From Myxococcota bacterium (GTDB taxonomy: Bacteria > Myxococcota_A > SURF-8): a DNA stretch of 64,000 nt. The notes under the pieces were generated by a model. That model ran no database searches and was not told the origin of the DNA. It saw nothing but the letters and a program-made list of their open reading frames with translations. Each line of letters opens with the position of its first letter. Within the stretch, counting starts at the first letter, position 1. The stretch is from NCBI GenBank assembly GCA_963674735.2, contig CAXXQS010000003.1, positions 132,174 through 196,173 on the forward strand, read 5' to 3'. Position numbers and translations under genes: made by a program. Positions 27,828 to 38,318 of this stretch are shown here, piece by piece.

Positions 27828-29282
27828 ATGTCGGTTGAGGTTTTGAAAAACTACATCAACGGCGAGTGGGTCGAGGCGTCCACGGACGTTTACGAGGACG
27901 TGGTCAATCCGGTCTCGGGCGAGGTGATCGCGCGGGTGCCCATGAGTCCGGCTGAAGATGTCGACAAGGCCGCCGCCGCCGCCGCCGAGGCGTTTAAACT
28001 GTGGCGGCGCACCCCGCCGACCAAGCGCGCGCGCATCCTGACGGCGCTGAAGGACTTGATTCTCGCCAACCAAGAAGAGATCGCCACGACGCTGACGCGC
28101 GAGCACGGCAAAATCAAGGCGGAAGCCTACATGGAATTGCAGCGCGCCATCGAAAACATGGAAGTCGCCGCCGGTGCGCCGTCTCTGATGATGGGGCACA
28201 ACCTCGAAGATGTGGCCGCCGGTGTGGACGAATACGCCATCCGTCAGCCCATCGGCGTGTTTGCGAGCCTGAACCCCTACAACTTCCCGGCCATGATTCC
28301 GTTCTGGTCGCTGCCCTATGCGGTGGCCTGCGGCAACTGCCAGATCGTCAAAGCCAGCCCGCTGGTGCCCATGAGCATGACGCGCATCTTCGAGTTGATC
28401 GATGCGGCCGGGTTCCCCAAGGGTGTATTGAATCTGGTCCACGGCGGCGCGGACACGGCCCAGGCCATCATGGCCAGCCCCGAGGTGCACGGCATCAGCT
28501 TCGTCGGTTCGACGCCGGTGGGGCGCATCGTGTACGAAACCTCGGCCAAGTACGGCAAGCGGGTGCAGGTGCAGGCAGGCGCGAAGAACTGGGGCGTGGT
28601 GATGCCCGACGCCAACCTGGAGAAGTGCGTCGAAAACATCATCGCCTCCGCCTACGATTGCACGGGCCAACGCTGTCTCGCCTTGGCGGGCATTCTGTGC
28701 GTGGGCGACACCTACGAGCGCTTGAAGCCGCTTCTCAAAACCGGCATCGCCAAACGCGTCATCGGCGATGGCCTGCAAGAGGGCGTTTCCATGGGACCGA
28801 TCATTTCGCCCGAAGCGCGCCAACGGGTGCTCGATTACGTCCAGATCGGCCTGGACGAAGGAGCCAAGCTCTTGGTCGACGGCGGTGAGGTCGACGTGCC
28901 GGGGCAGGCCGGAGGCAACTGGGTGGGGCATTACGTCTTCGAGGACGTCAAACCCGAGATGCGCATCGCCCGCGAAGAAATCTTCGGGCCGGTGTTGTGC
29001 ATGGTGCCGGTGGAATCGCTGGATGAGGCGTTGGCGGTTATTCATGCCAGCCCTTACGGCAATGCCGCCAATATCTACACATCCAGCGGCGCGACGGCTC
29101 GGCGTTTCAAGTACGAGGCGCGTTGCGGCAATCTGGGTATCAACATCGGGGTTCCCGCCCCCATGGCCATGTTCCATTTCGCCGGAACCAAACAGTCGTT
29201 CTTCGGCGATCTGCATGCCCAGGGACGCGACGCCTTCAAATTCTTCACCGATGAAACCATCGTTATCGAACGCTGGCTGTAA
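27828..29282 (+). CDS. mmsA: CoA-acylating methylmalonate-semialdehyde dehydrogenase-type aldehyde dehydrogenase
   Basis: ATG at 27828 follows the SD 'aaggagga'. 'YINGEWV', the catalytic 'GQRCLA', and the MMSDH-typical C-terminus 'FHFAGTKQSFFGDLHAQGRDAFKFFT'. Confidence 0.85.
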   Translation: MSVEVLKNYINGEWVEASTDVYEDVVNPVSGEVIARVPMSPAEDVDKAAAAAAEAFKLWRRTPPTKRARILTALKDLILANQEEIATTLTREHGKIKAEAYMELQRAIENMEVAAGAPSLMMGHNLEDVAAGVDEYAIRQPIGVFASLNPYNFPAMIPFWSLPYAVACGNCQIVKASPLVPMSMTRIFELIDAAGFPKGVLNLVHGGADTAQAIMASPEVHGISFVGSTPVGRIVYETSAKYGKRVQVQAGAKNWGVVMPDANLEKCVENIIASAYDCTGQRCLALAGILCVGDTYERLKPLLKTGIAKRVIGDGLQEGVSMGPIISPEARQRVLDYVQIGLDEGAKLLVDGGEVDVPGQAGGNWVGHYVFEDVKPEMRIAREEIFGPVLCMVPVESLDEALAVIHASPYGNAANIYTSSGATARRFKYEARCGNLGINIGVPAPMAMFHFAGTKQSFFGDLHAQGRDAFKFFTDETIVIERWL

Positions 29283-29304
29283 GAGGTGCCGGATACAAAC
29301 ACGA

Positions 29305-29334
29305 AACGGGCGGCCTGCGGGTCGCCCGTTTTTT
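29305..29334 (+). terminator. rho-independent terminator
   Basis: aacgggcg-gcctgcgggt-cgcccgtt hairpin followed by tttt, 23 nt after the aldehyde dehydrogenase stop. Confidence 0.6.
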
Positions 29335-29385
29335 CGATACGCTGACGAAATTCCCCCGCGACGCGTGACGTTGCGCGGCTGCGGG

Positions 29386-30021
29386 TCAGATCGCGCGTTT
29401 GGCCAGAACGAGGGCCTGTGCCAACCCCGTGTCGGACAGGCTGTCCACGTCGAGCAGGTCCCAGAACCCCGGATAATCGAGCGCCGGTTTCACCACCTGC
29501 GGATCGAGCGCGGCCAAAATTTCCGTCATGCTGCGGTGGGTGACTTCCGAGATGCTTTCCAGCACTTTGCGGCTTTGCTGCTGGCTTTCCTGACGATGCG
29601 GGGGATAGCCGAGCCCCCATTCCACGGAAAACATGGCGTCGAAAATCATGCGCAGGTTGACGTCCGAACCCCAGCCGTAGGCCTGATTCAGCATCAGCGA
29701 GACGCAGTTACCGCCGTTGATCTGCGCGAACAGCCAGCCGTCCAGCGGTTGCATGATGTGCCCGGCGGTGACGCCCGGATACTGCATCACGGAACTGAGA
29801 AAGCCGAGCCCGGTGCCGCAACCGGCCACCACGAAATCGGCCCGTCCCGTGTTCAGCAGCAGCGCCGCCATCAGTCCGGTTTGAATGTAGGTGATTTCCG
29901 GCGGTTCGAAGTTCTTTTTCATGCCCGCGTTGATCAGCGTGTGTCCCCGGCCTTCCAGGGCGGCGACGATGTCGGCGTTGCGGTCGGCGGCGCTGGTTTC
30001 GTTCAAGATGGCGATGCGCAT
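29386..30021 (-). CDS. RpiB/LacA/LacB family sugar-phosphate isomerase-like protein
   Basis: ATG at 30021 follows the SD 'aaggag' (MRIAILNETSAADRN...). 'VVAGCGTGLGF' motif. Confidence 0.75.
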   Translation of the reverse strand: MRIAILNETSAADRNADIVAALEGRGHTLINAGMKKNFEPPEITYIQTGLMAALLLNTGRADFVVAGCGTGLGFLSSVMQYPGVTAGHIMQPLDGWLFAQINGGNCVSLMLNQAYGWGSDVNLRMIFDAMFSVEWGLGYPPHRQESQQQSRKVLESISEVTHRSMTEILAALDPQVVKPALDYPGFWDLLDVDSLSDTGLAQALVLAKRAI

Positions 30022-30040
30022 GGGGCGGTTCTCCTTGGAG

Positions 30041-31951
30041 TTAAAGTCCGATTTTGTGGCGAAGGGCTTGCGTGTCATCCACCCAGTTGCCCACGTTCCA
30101 ACGACCCCAGGCGTCGAGACCGCCCAGAGGATCGTCGCCGCTGTAGACCGGCAGGTGAATGAGGCTCAGGCCCTCGTAAGAAAACGCGGCTTGCAGGGCG
30201 GCCGTCAACTCGGCGGAGGTCGTCCCGCCGTATAGCGCCTTGACGCCTTTGACGGCCCCGGCCAGGGCCACGTAATCGACGACCACCGAATCGTCGGTGG
30301 CGAAGTCGTGGCCGTATTGCGCTTTTTGCAAGCCGCTGATGGCGGCCATGCGGCGGTTGTCGAACAGCACGATCACGCCGCGTGCGCCGTGCTCGACGCC
30401 GTCAACGAGGATCTGCGGGTTCATCATGAAGCTACCGTCGCCGGTGCAGGCCACACCGTAAAAGGGTTGGCGTGCAAGCCCGGTGGCCAAAAGCGCCGAG
30501 ACGGCAAAGCCCATGTAGCTTGCGCCCGTGTCGGTGAAACAGCGTCCCGGCGCGGCGTCCTCGACGATCTGGAAGCCGTTGGCCTGCACGTCCCCGGCGT
30601 CGAAGAAGCACACGGCTTCTTTCGCGCGGGCGGCCTCGCAGACCTGCTTGACGGCGGCGGGCTGGGTGAGAAGGTCGCACTGCCGTTTTTCGTCGAACAG
30701 GGTGGGGCGGTCGTAGCGTGCTTTTTTGAAGGCGTCCCACGCGGTCTTTTGCTCGGTGCAGGCGGTCAGCCAGGCGGACGGGGTCGGCTTGTCGGGAGCG
30801 GCCAGGCGGCGTAAGGCGTCGTTGAGTTTGGCCAGGGTCGGGGCGGCATCGCCCAGCAACGCGAGGCTGCGGTTGTAGTGCCAGGCGTCGTGGAGATCGG
30901 TGTTGATGTGGATCACGCGCTTGGCTTTGGGATAACCGGTGCGGCTGGAATCGGACTGGCAGACCGAACGGCTGCCGACTACAACCAGCAAATCGGCTTC
31001 TTCCATGGCGAAGTTGCCGCAGATCGAGCCCTTCGAGCCGCCGACGGTCATGTTGCGCGGGTGCGCATAGGGCACAACCCCCGAAATCAGCGGGCTGGTG
31101 ACGATCACGCCGTCCGCCAGCTCGGCCAGTTCGAGCAACTCGCTTCCGGCTGCGTGCGCACCGCCACCCGCGCGAATGACCACCCGCTCGGCGTCGCGCA
31201 ATGCTTGGGCCGCTTCGCCATAGGCGTGGTCGTCGGGGGAGGCGCCCAAAGGGGCGGGGGTGCCGCAGGGCAGTTCGTCGAGATTGAATCCGGCCAGTGC
31301 GGCCGCCTGGGTGTTCATGGGCATGAGCAGGTAAAAGGGTGCGGGCCGGTGCGGATGCGCGGTGGTGACAAGCCCGCGCTTGAGAGCCGTGGACAGAGCC
31401 CCCGGCGTGTGCAGCGAGTAGGCCGCGCCCATCGTCGAAAACAAGCGCAGAAACAGCCCTTGCTCGTGGCGCGGGATCTGCTGCATGTTGAAGCCCTCGT
31501 CCTCGCTGGTTTCATCGCCCAACAGGTAATAGACGCCCAGCCCGTTGCTGGCCGGAAGCAGTGAGGCCGCCAGGGCCTGTAATGCGCCCGGTCCGATGGA
31601 GGTGACGACGGCGGCTTTTTCGCCGGTGGTCCAGTTGAGCGCCGCCGCCGCGTGGGAAGCTTCGATTTCGCTGTGCAGGCCGTGTACCGAAACGGCCCCT
31701 GCTTCTTGATAAAGGCGCAAAACTTCGCCGATTTCCGTGCTGCCGTGCCCGAGCACGCATAAGAAGCGCGTGACGTTCTGGCGCAGCAATCCCAATACCA
31801 GCGCCTCGCTGAGCGTCAGATCCACGTTGTTCGAAAGGGTGTCGTTGGCAAGCGCCGTCTCGAACGATCCGGCCTTGGCGATGGCAAGCGCGCGTTCGCG
31901 ACGGCGGTGAGTGAGTTCGTCGGGAGAACGGAAAGATGTCGGCTGCGGCAT
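30041..31951 (-). CDS. thiamine-pyrophosphate enzyme, IolD / acetolactate-synthase-like
   Basis: 636 aa with three TPP-enzyme domains and the 'GDGSFMMNPQ' TPP-binding motif. The size matches IolD-type hydrolases. Confidence 0.8.
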   Translation of the reverse strand: MPQPTSFRSPDELTHRRRERALAIAKAGSFETALANDTLSNNVDLTLSEALVLGLLRQNVTRFLCVLGHGSTEIGEVLRLYQEAGAVSVHGLHSEIEASHAAAALNWTTGEKAAVVTSIGPGALQALAASLLPASNGLGVYYLLGDETSEDEGFNMQQIPRHEQGLFLRLFSTMGAAYSLHTPGALSTALKRGLVTTAHPHRPAPFYLLMPMNTQAAALAGFNLDELPCGTPAPLGASPDDHAYGEAAQALRDAERVVIRAGGGAHAAGSELLELAELADGVIVTSPLISGVVPYAHPRNMTVGGSKGSICGNFAMEEADLLVVVGSRSVCQSDSSRTGYPKAKRVIHINTDLHDAWHYNRSLALLGDAAPTLAKLNDALRRLAAPDKPTPSAWLTACTEQKTAWDAFKKARYDRPTLFDEKRQCDLLTQPAAVKQVCEAARAKEAVCFFDAGDVQANGFQIVEDAAPGRCFTDTGASYMGFAVSALLATGLARQPFYGVACTGDGSFMMNPQILVDGVEHGARGVIVLFDNRRMAAISGLQKAQYGHDFATDDSVVVDYVALAGAVKGVKALYGGTTSAELTAALQAAFSYEGLSLIHLPVYSGDDPLGGLDAWGRWNVGNWVDDTQALRHKIGL

Positions 31952-31974
31952 GATCGGCCTCCGAGTCGGAATAA

Positions 31975-33957
31975 TCAGTCAACAAGTCGCAACAAGCGCG
32001 AACCATGGGCCGGTAACGCGCCGATGTCGAGCCGTCGCGAGAGCAGGGAGAAGCGTTCCCCGCTCCAGACATCCTCGAACACGGCATCGGGTGCGATGGT
32101 CTCGCCCAAATACGGCGTGAGGTCCACCGCTTTTTCGGCCGGACGTTCGCCGAAGTTGAACAGGGCCAGGAATCCGGCGCTATTGTACACCAGTTCGGGG
32201 AATTCACGCTCCATCAAATCGAGCGCCCAGGGGCGGCCCCGGTCGCAGCGTTTCACCCAGTCTTCCATGCGGTCGAGTTTTTTCCAGATGGCGTCGGGTA
32301 GCAGGCTCAGACGGTCGGAGACGAGATACATCCCGCCCGAGACCACCACGGCGTTGGCCAGGGTCATGCGTTCGTGCTCGTTGAGCTTGGTTTCGGTTTC
32401 GCGCAGCATCACGCAGTCGGGGTCGTTGAGCCAGAAACGGCGGTGCATCTGGCTGCGGGTGAGAATGCTGCGCAGGGCCAGCTTGGTGCACAGCGCGTGC
32501 GGATCGCGGGTGAGATGGTAGCGGTATTTGGCGAACCAGAACGGGGCTACGTCGGGTCCGATACGCATGGCATCCACCACGCCGACGGCCGGGCCCAGCG
32601 GGCAGCCGCAGCCGAGCAACACGACCTCTTCCCCGGCGGCGTCGCGAATTAGTTCCAGGCCCGAGCGCAGGCGTTCGGCCGGGGACAGGCTCGGATCGTG
32701 CGGGTGGCCTTGCAGCGCGGCGGCGTAAAGAAAATCGAGTTTCAGATACGGAAACCCCCAGTCGTCGACGGCGGTTTTCACCACCTCGCGCAGGTAGTCG
32801 CGAAAACCGGGATGGCTGGTGTCGAGGGCGTAGTACTGACCGAAGGCGTTCCACCAGGGATTCCATCCGGCGCTGACGGCCTTGCCGCGTTCGTCGCGCA
32901 GCAGCCAGTCGGGATGCTCCTTGTACAAGCGCGATTTATCCAGCGCGATAAACGGGGCCAGCCAAAGACCGGGCGTGAGTCCCTGGGCGCGAGTGGCCTG
33001 GGCCACGGCCTTGGGTCCATCGGGGAACTTGGCGTTGGGATGCAGCCAGTCGCCCACGGCTTCCATGTAGCCGTCGTCCAGCACGAAATGGCTCCACTTG
33101 ACGTCCCGTTTCGACAGCGCCTCCAGGTTTTCGTCGATATCCGCCGCCGTGATGCGTGTGAAATAGTGGTACCAGGAGCACCAGCCGGTGGGCAGCCGTT
33201 CGGGCAAAGGGCGCGGGGAGCGGGCGGCGTCGAAATAGGTGTCGAGGACCGCGTTGGGGTGGTCGCCTGCGAAAAAGCGGGTCGGGTCGAGGGCAAGTTC
33301 GGCGCCGGGGGCCATCCGTTTGCCGTCGAGATCGTAAACGAGCGTCAATTCCGGGGCGGCTGCATCGTGAGGATCGAGCTGGGCGATGACGTAATAAAGC
33401 TGGCTGAAACCTCCGGCCTGTCCGACAACCAGGTGGTGCCCGCTTTCCAGTTCGCTCAAGACGGCGTAAGTGTCCGAGTGAAAAACCCCCGCTTTGCCCG
33501 TTGACAGATTGCGTAGATTGTCCTGCATCAGGTTGGCGAAGCGCACGAACGGCACGCGCTCGCGTTCGGCGGCGCGGTAGGATCGGCTCATGGTCCACGA
33601 CTGCCAGCCGTTTTTGAAAAAGCTCCAGCGCGTCGGGTGCGATTGGTTTACGGTGGCTTCGACGGTGAAGCGCAGCGACAAACGGCCGATGTCGAGGGGA
33701 TGATCGCCGCCGATAATCAAACCGGGAGTCAGGCCGGCGGCGGCTCCGTCGGTGACGTCGATACGGACGGCCGTCCGGCCATCGTCGGCCTGCAACGCGA
33801 GACTTTCGGTGGTGATTAGCGGAATCGCCAATGTTTGCGCGGCGTTATTCGCCGTGTCGCGATACGTGAACGTCGCGTCATGCAGGATCAGGCGGAAGCG
33901 GTCGTGCGCGAAAACGAGCGGAGCCGGGTCGCGGGAGAGCGTGAATTCTTGTGTCAT
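31975..33957 (-). CDS. GH36-like alpha-galactosidase
   Basis: Likely start is the ATG at 33957 (MTQEFTL). 'FVLDDGYMEAVGDW', 'FPYLKLDFLYAA' and 'WLNDPDCVML' are characteristic of GH36/melibiase-like enzymes. Confidence 0.85.
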   Translation of the reverse strand: MTQEFTLSRDPAPLVFAHDRFRLILHDATFTYRDTANNAAQTLAIPLITTESLALQADDGRTAVRIDVTDGAAAGLTPGLIIGGDHPLDIGRLSLRFTVEATVNQSHPTRWSFFKNGWQSWTMSRSYRAAERERVPFVRFANLMQDNLRNLSTGKAGVFHSDTYAVLSELESGHHLVVGQAGGFSQLYYVIAQLDPHDAAAPELTLVYDLDGKRMAPGAELALDPTRFFAGDHPNAVLDTYFDAARSPRPLPERLPTGWCSWYHYFTRITAADIDENLEALSKRDVKWSHFVLDDGYMEAVGDWLHPNAKFPDGPKAVAQATRAQGLTPGLWLAPFIALDKSRLYKEHPDWLLRDERGKAVSAGWNPWWNAFGQYYALDTSHPGFRDYLREVVKTAVDDWGFPYLKLDFLYAAALQGHPHDPSLSPAERLRSGLELIRDAAGEEVVLLGCGCPLGPAVGVVDAMRIGPDVAPFWFAKYRYHLTRDPHALCTKLALRSILTRSQMHRRFWLNDPDCVMLRETETKLNEHERMTLANAVVVSGGMYLVSDRLSLLPDAIWKKLDRMEDWVKRCDRGRPWALDLMEREFPELVYNSAGFLALFNFGERPAEKAVDLTPYLGETIAPDAVFEDVWSGERFSLLSRRLDIGALPAHGSRLLRLVD

Positions 33958-34126
33958 GGTGCGTCCTGTCTGCGAAAAAGAAAACCCAACCGGCCGACCG
34001 TCCAAACGACCCCACCGAGTCTGGGCTGTAACGTGCAAAAAGATACCGAAAAACGGTTTGCTTTTCAAGTCTCGGAGGTATGATAGCATCGACGCTAGTA
34101 AAAAACGATGGAGGCTCAGCGCTACA

Positions 34127-35110
34127 ATGTGGAATATCCGAGAAATCGAAAACCTGGATCGGCTCTGGCACGTACGCCTGCGCGGGCGGGTGGTGCAGCG
34201 TATGGCGCGCATCAACGATCGTGTGTTGGGTTTGCGTTACCGCGACTTGCGGGAGTTGCCGGTCATCTGGCCCGAGGAAAGCCGTTTCGATGGCGGCTCG
34301 CTTGAATTTCAGGTGCTGCATTGGCCGGGGAAGGACCGCCCGCTGGTGTATCTGCACGGACTCAACTCCAATGCCTGGGCCTGCACGCGGCTGGCCTCGT
34401 TGCTGGCGCCCGAGCGCGACGTGTGGGCCTTTTCGCAGCGCGGGCATGGAACCAGCGACAGTCCTCTGCGCGGGTACGGCTTGGAAGAAAGCGCCGCCGA
34501 TCTGTACGCTTTTCTCGACGCCCATTTCGATGCGCCGGTGGATCTGGCCGGGGAATCCTGGGGCGGCAAAGTCGCCTTATTCGCCGCGGCCAACGACCCG
34601 GCGCGATTTCGCTCGCTGGCACTGGTGGATCCGGTGCGGCCCGCAGGCTTCAATCCGTTTCTCGATCGCTGGCCGGGTTGGATCGTGGCGGCTTTTCGCC
34701 AGGAACGAAGCGGGTATCCCGACGAAACGGCCCTTTTGCGCGGCATGAAAAACGTGGTGTATCTGCCGCTGAAAGATAAACTCGACCGCCGGGCCTGGCG
34801 CGAACGTTTCACGCAACTGGCGGATGGTCGTTTCGTACCGCGTTTGCAAGACGAATCCCAGGCGGAGTTGGTGGCCCACGCGCTGGCGCGCGACATCCGC
34901 GAGCAGGTTTACGATTTGGAGACGCCGACGCTGGTTTTAGTGCCGAAGGTGAGCATCGCATTCTGGCCCGGCGAGGATCGCGATATGGAGCAAAATATGC
35001 CCAACATCACCCTGCGCAAGGTGCACGGCGACCACACCCTGACCTACATCAATCCCTTTGCGGCGGCGATGGATATGCAGGCATTTTGGGCGAAGCTTGA
35101 CAATCCGTAG
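34127..35110 (+). CDS. alpha/beta hydrolase
   Basis: 'LVYLHGLNSNAW' oxyanion region and the nucleophile elbow 'GESWGG'. The start is uncertain: ATG at 34127 or a downstream Met. Confidence 0.8.
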   Translation: MWNIREIENLDRLWHVRLRGRVVQRMARINDRVLGLRYRDLRELPVIWPEESRFDGGSLEFQVLHWPGKDRPLVYLHGLNSNAWACTRLASLLAPERDVWAFSQRGHGTSDSPLRGYGLEESAADLYAFLDAHFDAPVDLAGESWGGKVALFAAANDPARFRSLALVDPVRPAGFNPFLDRWPGWIVAAFRQERSGYPDETALLRGMKNVVYLPLKDKLDRRAWRERFTQLADGRFVPRLQDESQAELVAHALARDIREQVYDLETPTLVLVPKVSIAFWPGEDRDMEQNMPNITLRKVHGDHTLTYINPFAAAMDMQAFWAKLDNP

Positions 35111-35167
35111 ATGATAAGGGATGATCGCGGCGCTGGAAATGGAGTTGGTTTGCAAGCGGAGGTATCG

Positions 35168-36262
35168 ATGAAAAGCTTGGTGTTATCGTTGGTTTGCTTG
35201 GTGGCGATGCTGTCGACGGCGGCGGCGCTGGAGCCGTATTATTCGTTTCAGCCGAAAGGCGGAACCACGAAAATCCCCGCGGCTTTTCAGGCCTGGCACG
35301 CGCAGTTCGAGGATGACAAGGACTACGGCGAAAGCTGGTTTTTCTTCACGCAAACCAACGATGGCGCGGTATTGTTCGCCATGCTGTCCATCACCAATTT
35401 GGGTCTGCGTACCTTCGAAGGCACCGTGGACGCCCAGTTTTATACGCCCGATGGAAAGGTTCATAATGCCCATAAGGAGTATAAACGCGACAAGGTGACA
35501 GCCTCCACCGATAAAATGGATGTCAAAATCGGCCACAATTATGTCACGGGCGGCGGCGGCGTCTACAAAATCGGGATCGAGGAAGCGGGCATGAAACTCG
35601 ATCTGACGCTCAAAAACGTGCTGCCGCCTTACATGTTCGGCAACGGCAAGGTGGAGTTTTACAAAGACCGTTCGGCCGAGTGGACCATGGGCTTGAACGT
35701 GCCGCGCGGCGCGAGTGCGGGCAGCCTGAGTGTGGATGGGAAAAGTTACGATCTGGCCGGAACGGGCTATCACGACCACGGTTGGGCCACCGTCAAGCTG
35801 CCCGATATCTTCACCTCGTGGTACACGCTGCGCGCCTACGATAGCAAGTATGCCTTCGTGCTGCACAAGCAGAAGATGGAGAAGGATTTCGGCGGCAAGG
35901 TGCACCAGTTCGGACTGTTCGGCGTGGACGGCAAACTCAAGGGTGCGTTGCGCAATTTCAGCTTCTCACCCACCCAGCAGGTGAAGGACAAAAAGAGCAA
36001 GTACACCATCCCCACCGCCTTCAATCTGGCCCTGAAAACCGGGGAATACACGGTGAAAGGCACGGTGACGCGCACGCGCCACCTCGACACGCTGGACGTG
36101 CTCGGGCAAGTGAGCTGGCCGGTGCGGGTGGTGATCAAGGCCTTCTATTCCAACCCCTTCATGCATCGCTATTTAGCCAAGCTGGAGCTGGACGTCACCG
36201 ATAAAGACGGCAACACCGAACACGTGTCCACCCTGGGCGTGGTGGAAGCCAACTTCTTCTGA
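35168..36262 (+). CDS. secreted hypothetical protein (beta-rich)
   Basis: ATG at 35168 follows the SD 'ggagg'. Signal peptide 'MKSLVLSLVCLVAMLSTAAA'. No motif I can name with confidence. Confidence 0.6.
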   Translation: MKSLVLSLVCLVAMLSTAAALEPYYSFQPKGGTTKIPAAFQAWHAQFEDDKDYGESWFFFTQTNDGAVLFAMLSITNLGLRTFEGTVDAQFYTPDGKVHNAHKEYKRDKVTASTDKMDVKIGHNYVTGGGGVYKIGIEEAGMKLDLTLKNVLPPYMFGNGKVEFYKDRSAEWTMGLNVPRGASAGSLSVDGKSYDLAGTGYHDHGWATVKLPDIFTSWYTLRAYDSKYAFVLHKQKMEKDFGGKVHQFGLFGVDGKLKGALRNFSFSPTQQVKDKKSKYTIPTAFNLALKTGEYTVKGTVTRTRHLDTLDVLGQVSWPVRVVIKAFYSNPFMHRYLAKLELDVTDKDGNTEHVSTLGVVEANFF

Positions 36263-37106
36263 GTCCTGAATCCAGTCGGCTTGTTCTGCGCCGAATGCGC
36301 CGTTCGGTCGATTCACCGTGACCGGCGAAAAGCGTCCAAACAGCCAAAATCGCTTGGCAGGGCTGAAAAGCCTCTCGGCTGGGGTTGCCCGGCTCGATGC
36401 GTTGAATGCGTCCGATGCGCCCGTTGCGCCGTTTTCCGCCGCCTTTTTATCCCGTTTGCGAAATCATTGACTTTTTCGGCCTCGTTTCGGGGGTAAAAGA
36501 ACGAATCCGACCGGAATACTAGGATTGCCGTAATACGTCACACCTGCGGCGACGCTGTGGATGCAGCCTGCAAGCGCCGGAGCGCGTTCACACGGAAACG
36601 GTCACTCCCCAAAAGCGAATCCAGGCCCGCCGCTAAAGGGCTGGCGCGTTTTACGCAACGGGCCGCGAGTCGGAAACGACGGTCTGACACGGTCTGTAAG
36701 GCGACCGATAATCGTGTAATTATATTATATTAAATATAGTCTATTGAGACTATTTTAGAGATGCAGTCTTATCTGGTTGATATGACACGGGAAAAATCGT
36801 TTCGCTCTTACAGCCTCGACTTGCGACGCGCGAACGTGTGAAAAATGCCGATATAAGCTGTGATAACATGGCGTTAGCAATGTGTCGCCACGTGATTGGT
36901 GGGTGTTTGGCTTGATAAGCGACGATTCTCAAACAGGCCATCTCCTGGTCTTGCTGTAATAAAGGTATCGTTACAATTAAGCGAAAAACAAGGCAATCGG
37001 CTTGACAAGGAAACCACGTATCGGTAACATCTTCGGTATCGTAATAAATAGGATGATGGATCATACGCCGGTGCCCGACGCGGACATCGATCAAAAGGGG
37101 GAAAGC

Positions 37107-38318
37107 ATGTCGTGGACGAGAATGATCAGCCGATTGAATTTTGGCCGGATCGCCATCTGTGTGTGTGCGAATGCGCTAATAATGAGTCAAGTTGCATGCG
37201 CAAGCGATGATGTGAAACCCGATAAACGAACATTCCAAGATTCAGTGGCTAGACCCGATCACTTGGGAGAACGCCTAGACGATGCTACTTTGCGTATTCC
37301 TATGCTCGACAACATGCCGGTTCAACTGGGGCAGTGCTCCACTAGAAATGGCGGTCTAAGACAGCAATTATGCATTGATCAGACTCAACCCATTAACTAT
37401 GAATTGGTAATACCGGCAAAAGAAGACGGGGCGTTGCCGCACCCTTCAAGCCTGAATATGGGAGGCTACAGCAATTACACGGTGACCAAATCTTGGGACA
37501 TAACGGGTGAATTCAGTGCTTCATATTTGGTGCTTGATGCCGAAACCAATGTAGGTGTTACATATCGACGTTTTCAGTGGATAGCCGAATGGACGCGCTA
37601 TCGGCGGCAATCGCTTACTATCGATGGTGAAAAACGTTTGGATCCCCATGTCAATGCAGTGGATGTGGGTATCGGTGTGCGTATTATATTCGATATAAAA
37701 ATGAAGCTGTTGAAAGCCGACGGTAAATTGAGCTTCGGATTGGGCAGTGTTTCGACGGCCCTTGAAAAAAAGAACGCCGAAGTACTGGTGAGCTACCAGA
37801 TCATTGGAACAACGGTTGATATTCTTCCGGAACGGGCCCCAACAAGTATTCAAGATGCTGGGGAGTTTGCGGTTGCCCAGGAAAAATTCCATGACGCTAT
37901 TCGCATTATCAAGCAAAAATGGGACGAATATGCTTGGAAAACATGCAAAGCTGCTGAAGAATCGCCGACGGGAGTGTCGTCCGAAAACGTTTCGAGAACG
38001 AATTACAAGGAAGTGTTCAAGCCTGAAATAATCGCCTACTATATCTATTCTATGCAAAATCCCGTGTTGAATGCCGCCTATGCGATGGGCTATCTGCGGG
38101 CTTTAAATCGTATGCAAAACTCAGATTACTCGTGCCGGGAGACAATGAATGAATATATTGGAACTAACAACAGCGTAAATGAACGTCAACTTAACATGCA
38201 ACAGGGTATCAATGAAGCGTATCTAGCCGTGATGGGAACCGACCGTTGCACGGATGCCAAGCCGACGGCGGAACAGAAAGAGAAAGCCAAGGCGATCGTT
38301 GAGGAAGCAAAGAAATAG
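37107..38318 (+). CDS. orphan secreted/lipoprotein in a low-GC block
   Basis: ATG at 37107 follows the SD 'aggggga'. Signal-like N-terminus 'IAICVCANALIMSQVAC'. Its composition is clearly AT-richer than the flanks. No recognisable domain. Confidence 0.6.
   Translation: MSWTRMISRLNFGRIAICVCANALIMSQVACASDDVKPDKRTFQDSVARPDHLGERLDDATLRIPMLDNMPVQLGQCSTRNGGLRQQLCIDQTQPINYELVIPAKEDGALPHPSSLNMGGYSNYTVTKSWDITGEFSASYLVLDAETNVGVTYRRFQWIAEWTRYRRQSLTIDGEKRLDPHVNAVDVGIGVRIIFDIKMKLLKADGKLSFGLGSVSTALEKKNAEVLVSYQIIGTTVDILPERAPTSIQDAGEFAVAQEKFHDAIRIIKQKWDEYAWKTCKAAEESPTGVSSENVSRTNYKEVFKPEIIAYYIYSMQNPVLNAAYAMGYLRALNRMQNSDYSCRETMNEYIGTNNSVNERQLNMQQGINEAYLAVMGTDRCTDAKPTAEQKEKAKAIVEEAKK

Noticed and set aside
33752-34126. 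Long N-terminal extensions of listed ORFs. Examples: 33752 start for the alpha/beta hydrolase, 34215 for GH36, 46725 for coaE, 52493 for ThiF, 41626 for sdhD, 4934 for GIY-YIG.
   Set aside because: The extensions are Arg/Ser/Pro-rich with no homology-like pattern. They overlap neighbouring genes or intergenic promoters. Internal starts with good SDs give products of canonical length.
36750-37094. 114-aa minus-strand ORF in the AT-rich block
   Set aside because: It has no SD, overlaps the likely promoter and 5' region of the 37107 gene, and has an implausible composition.
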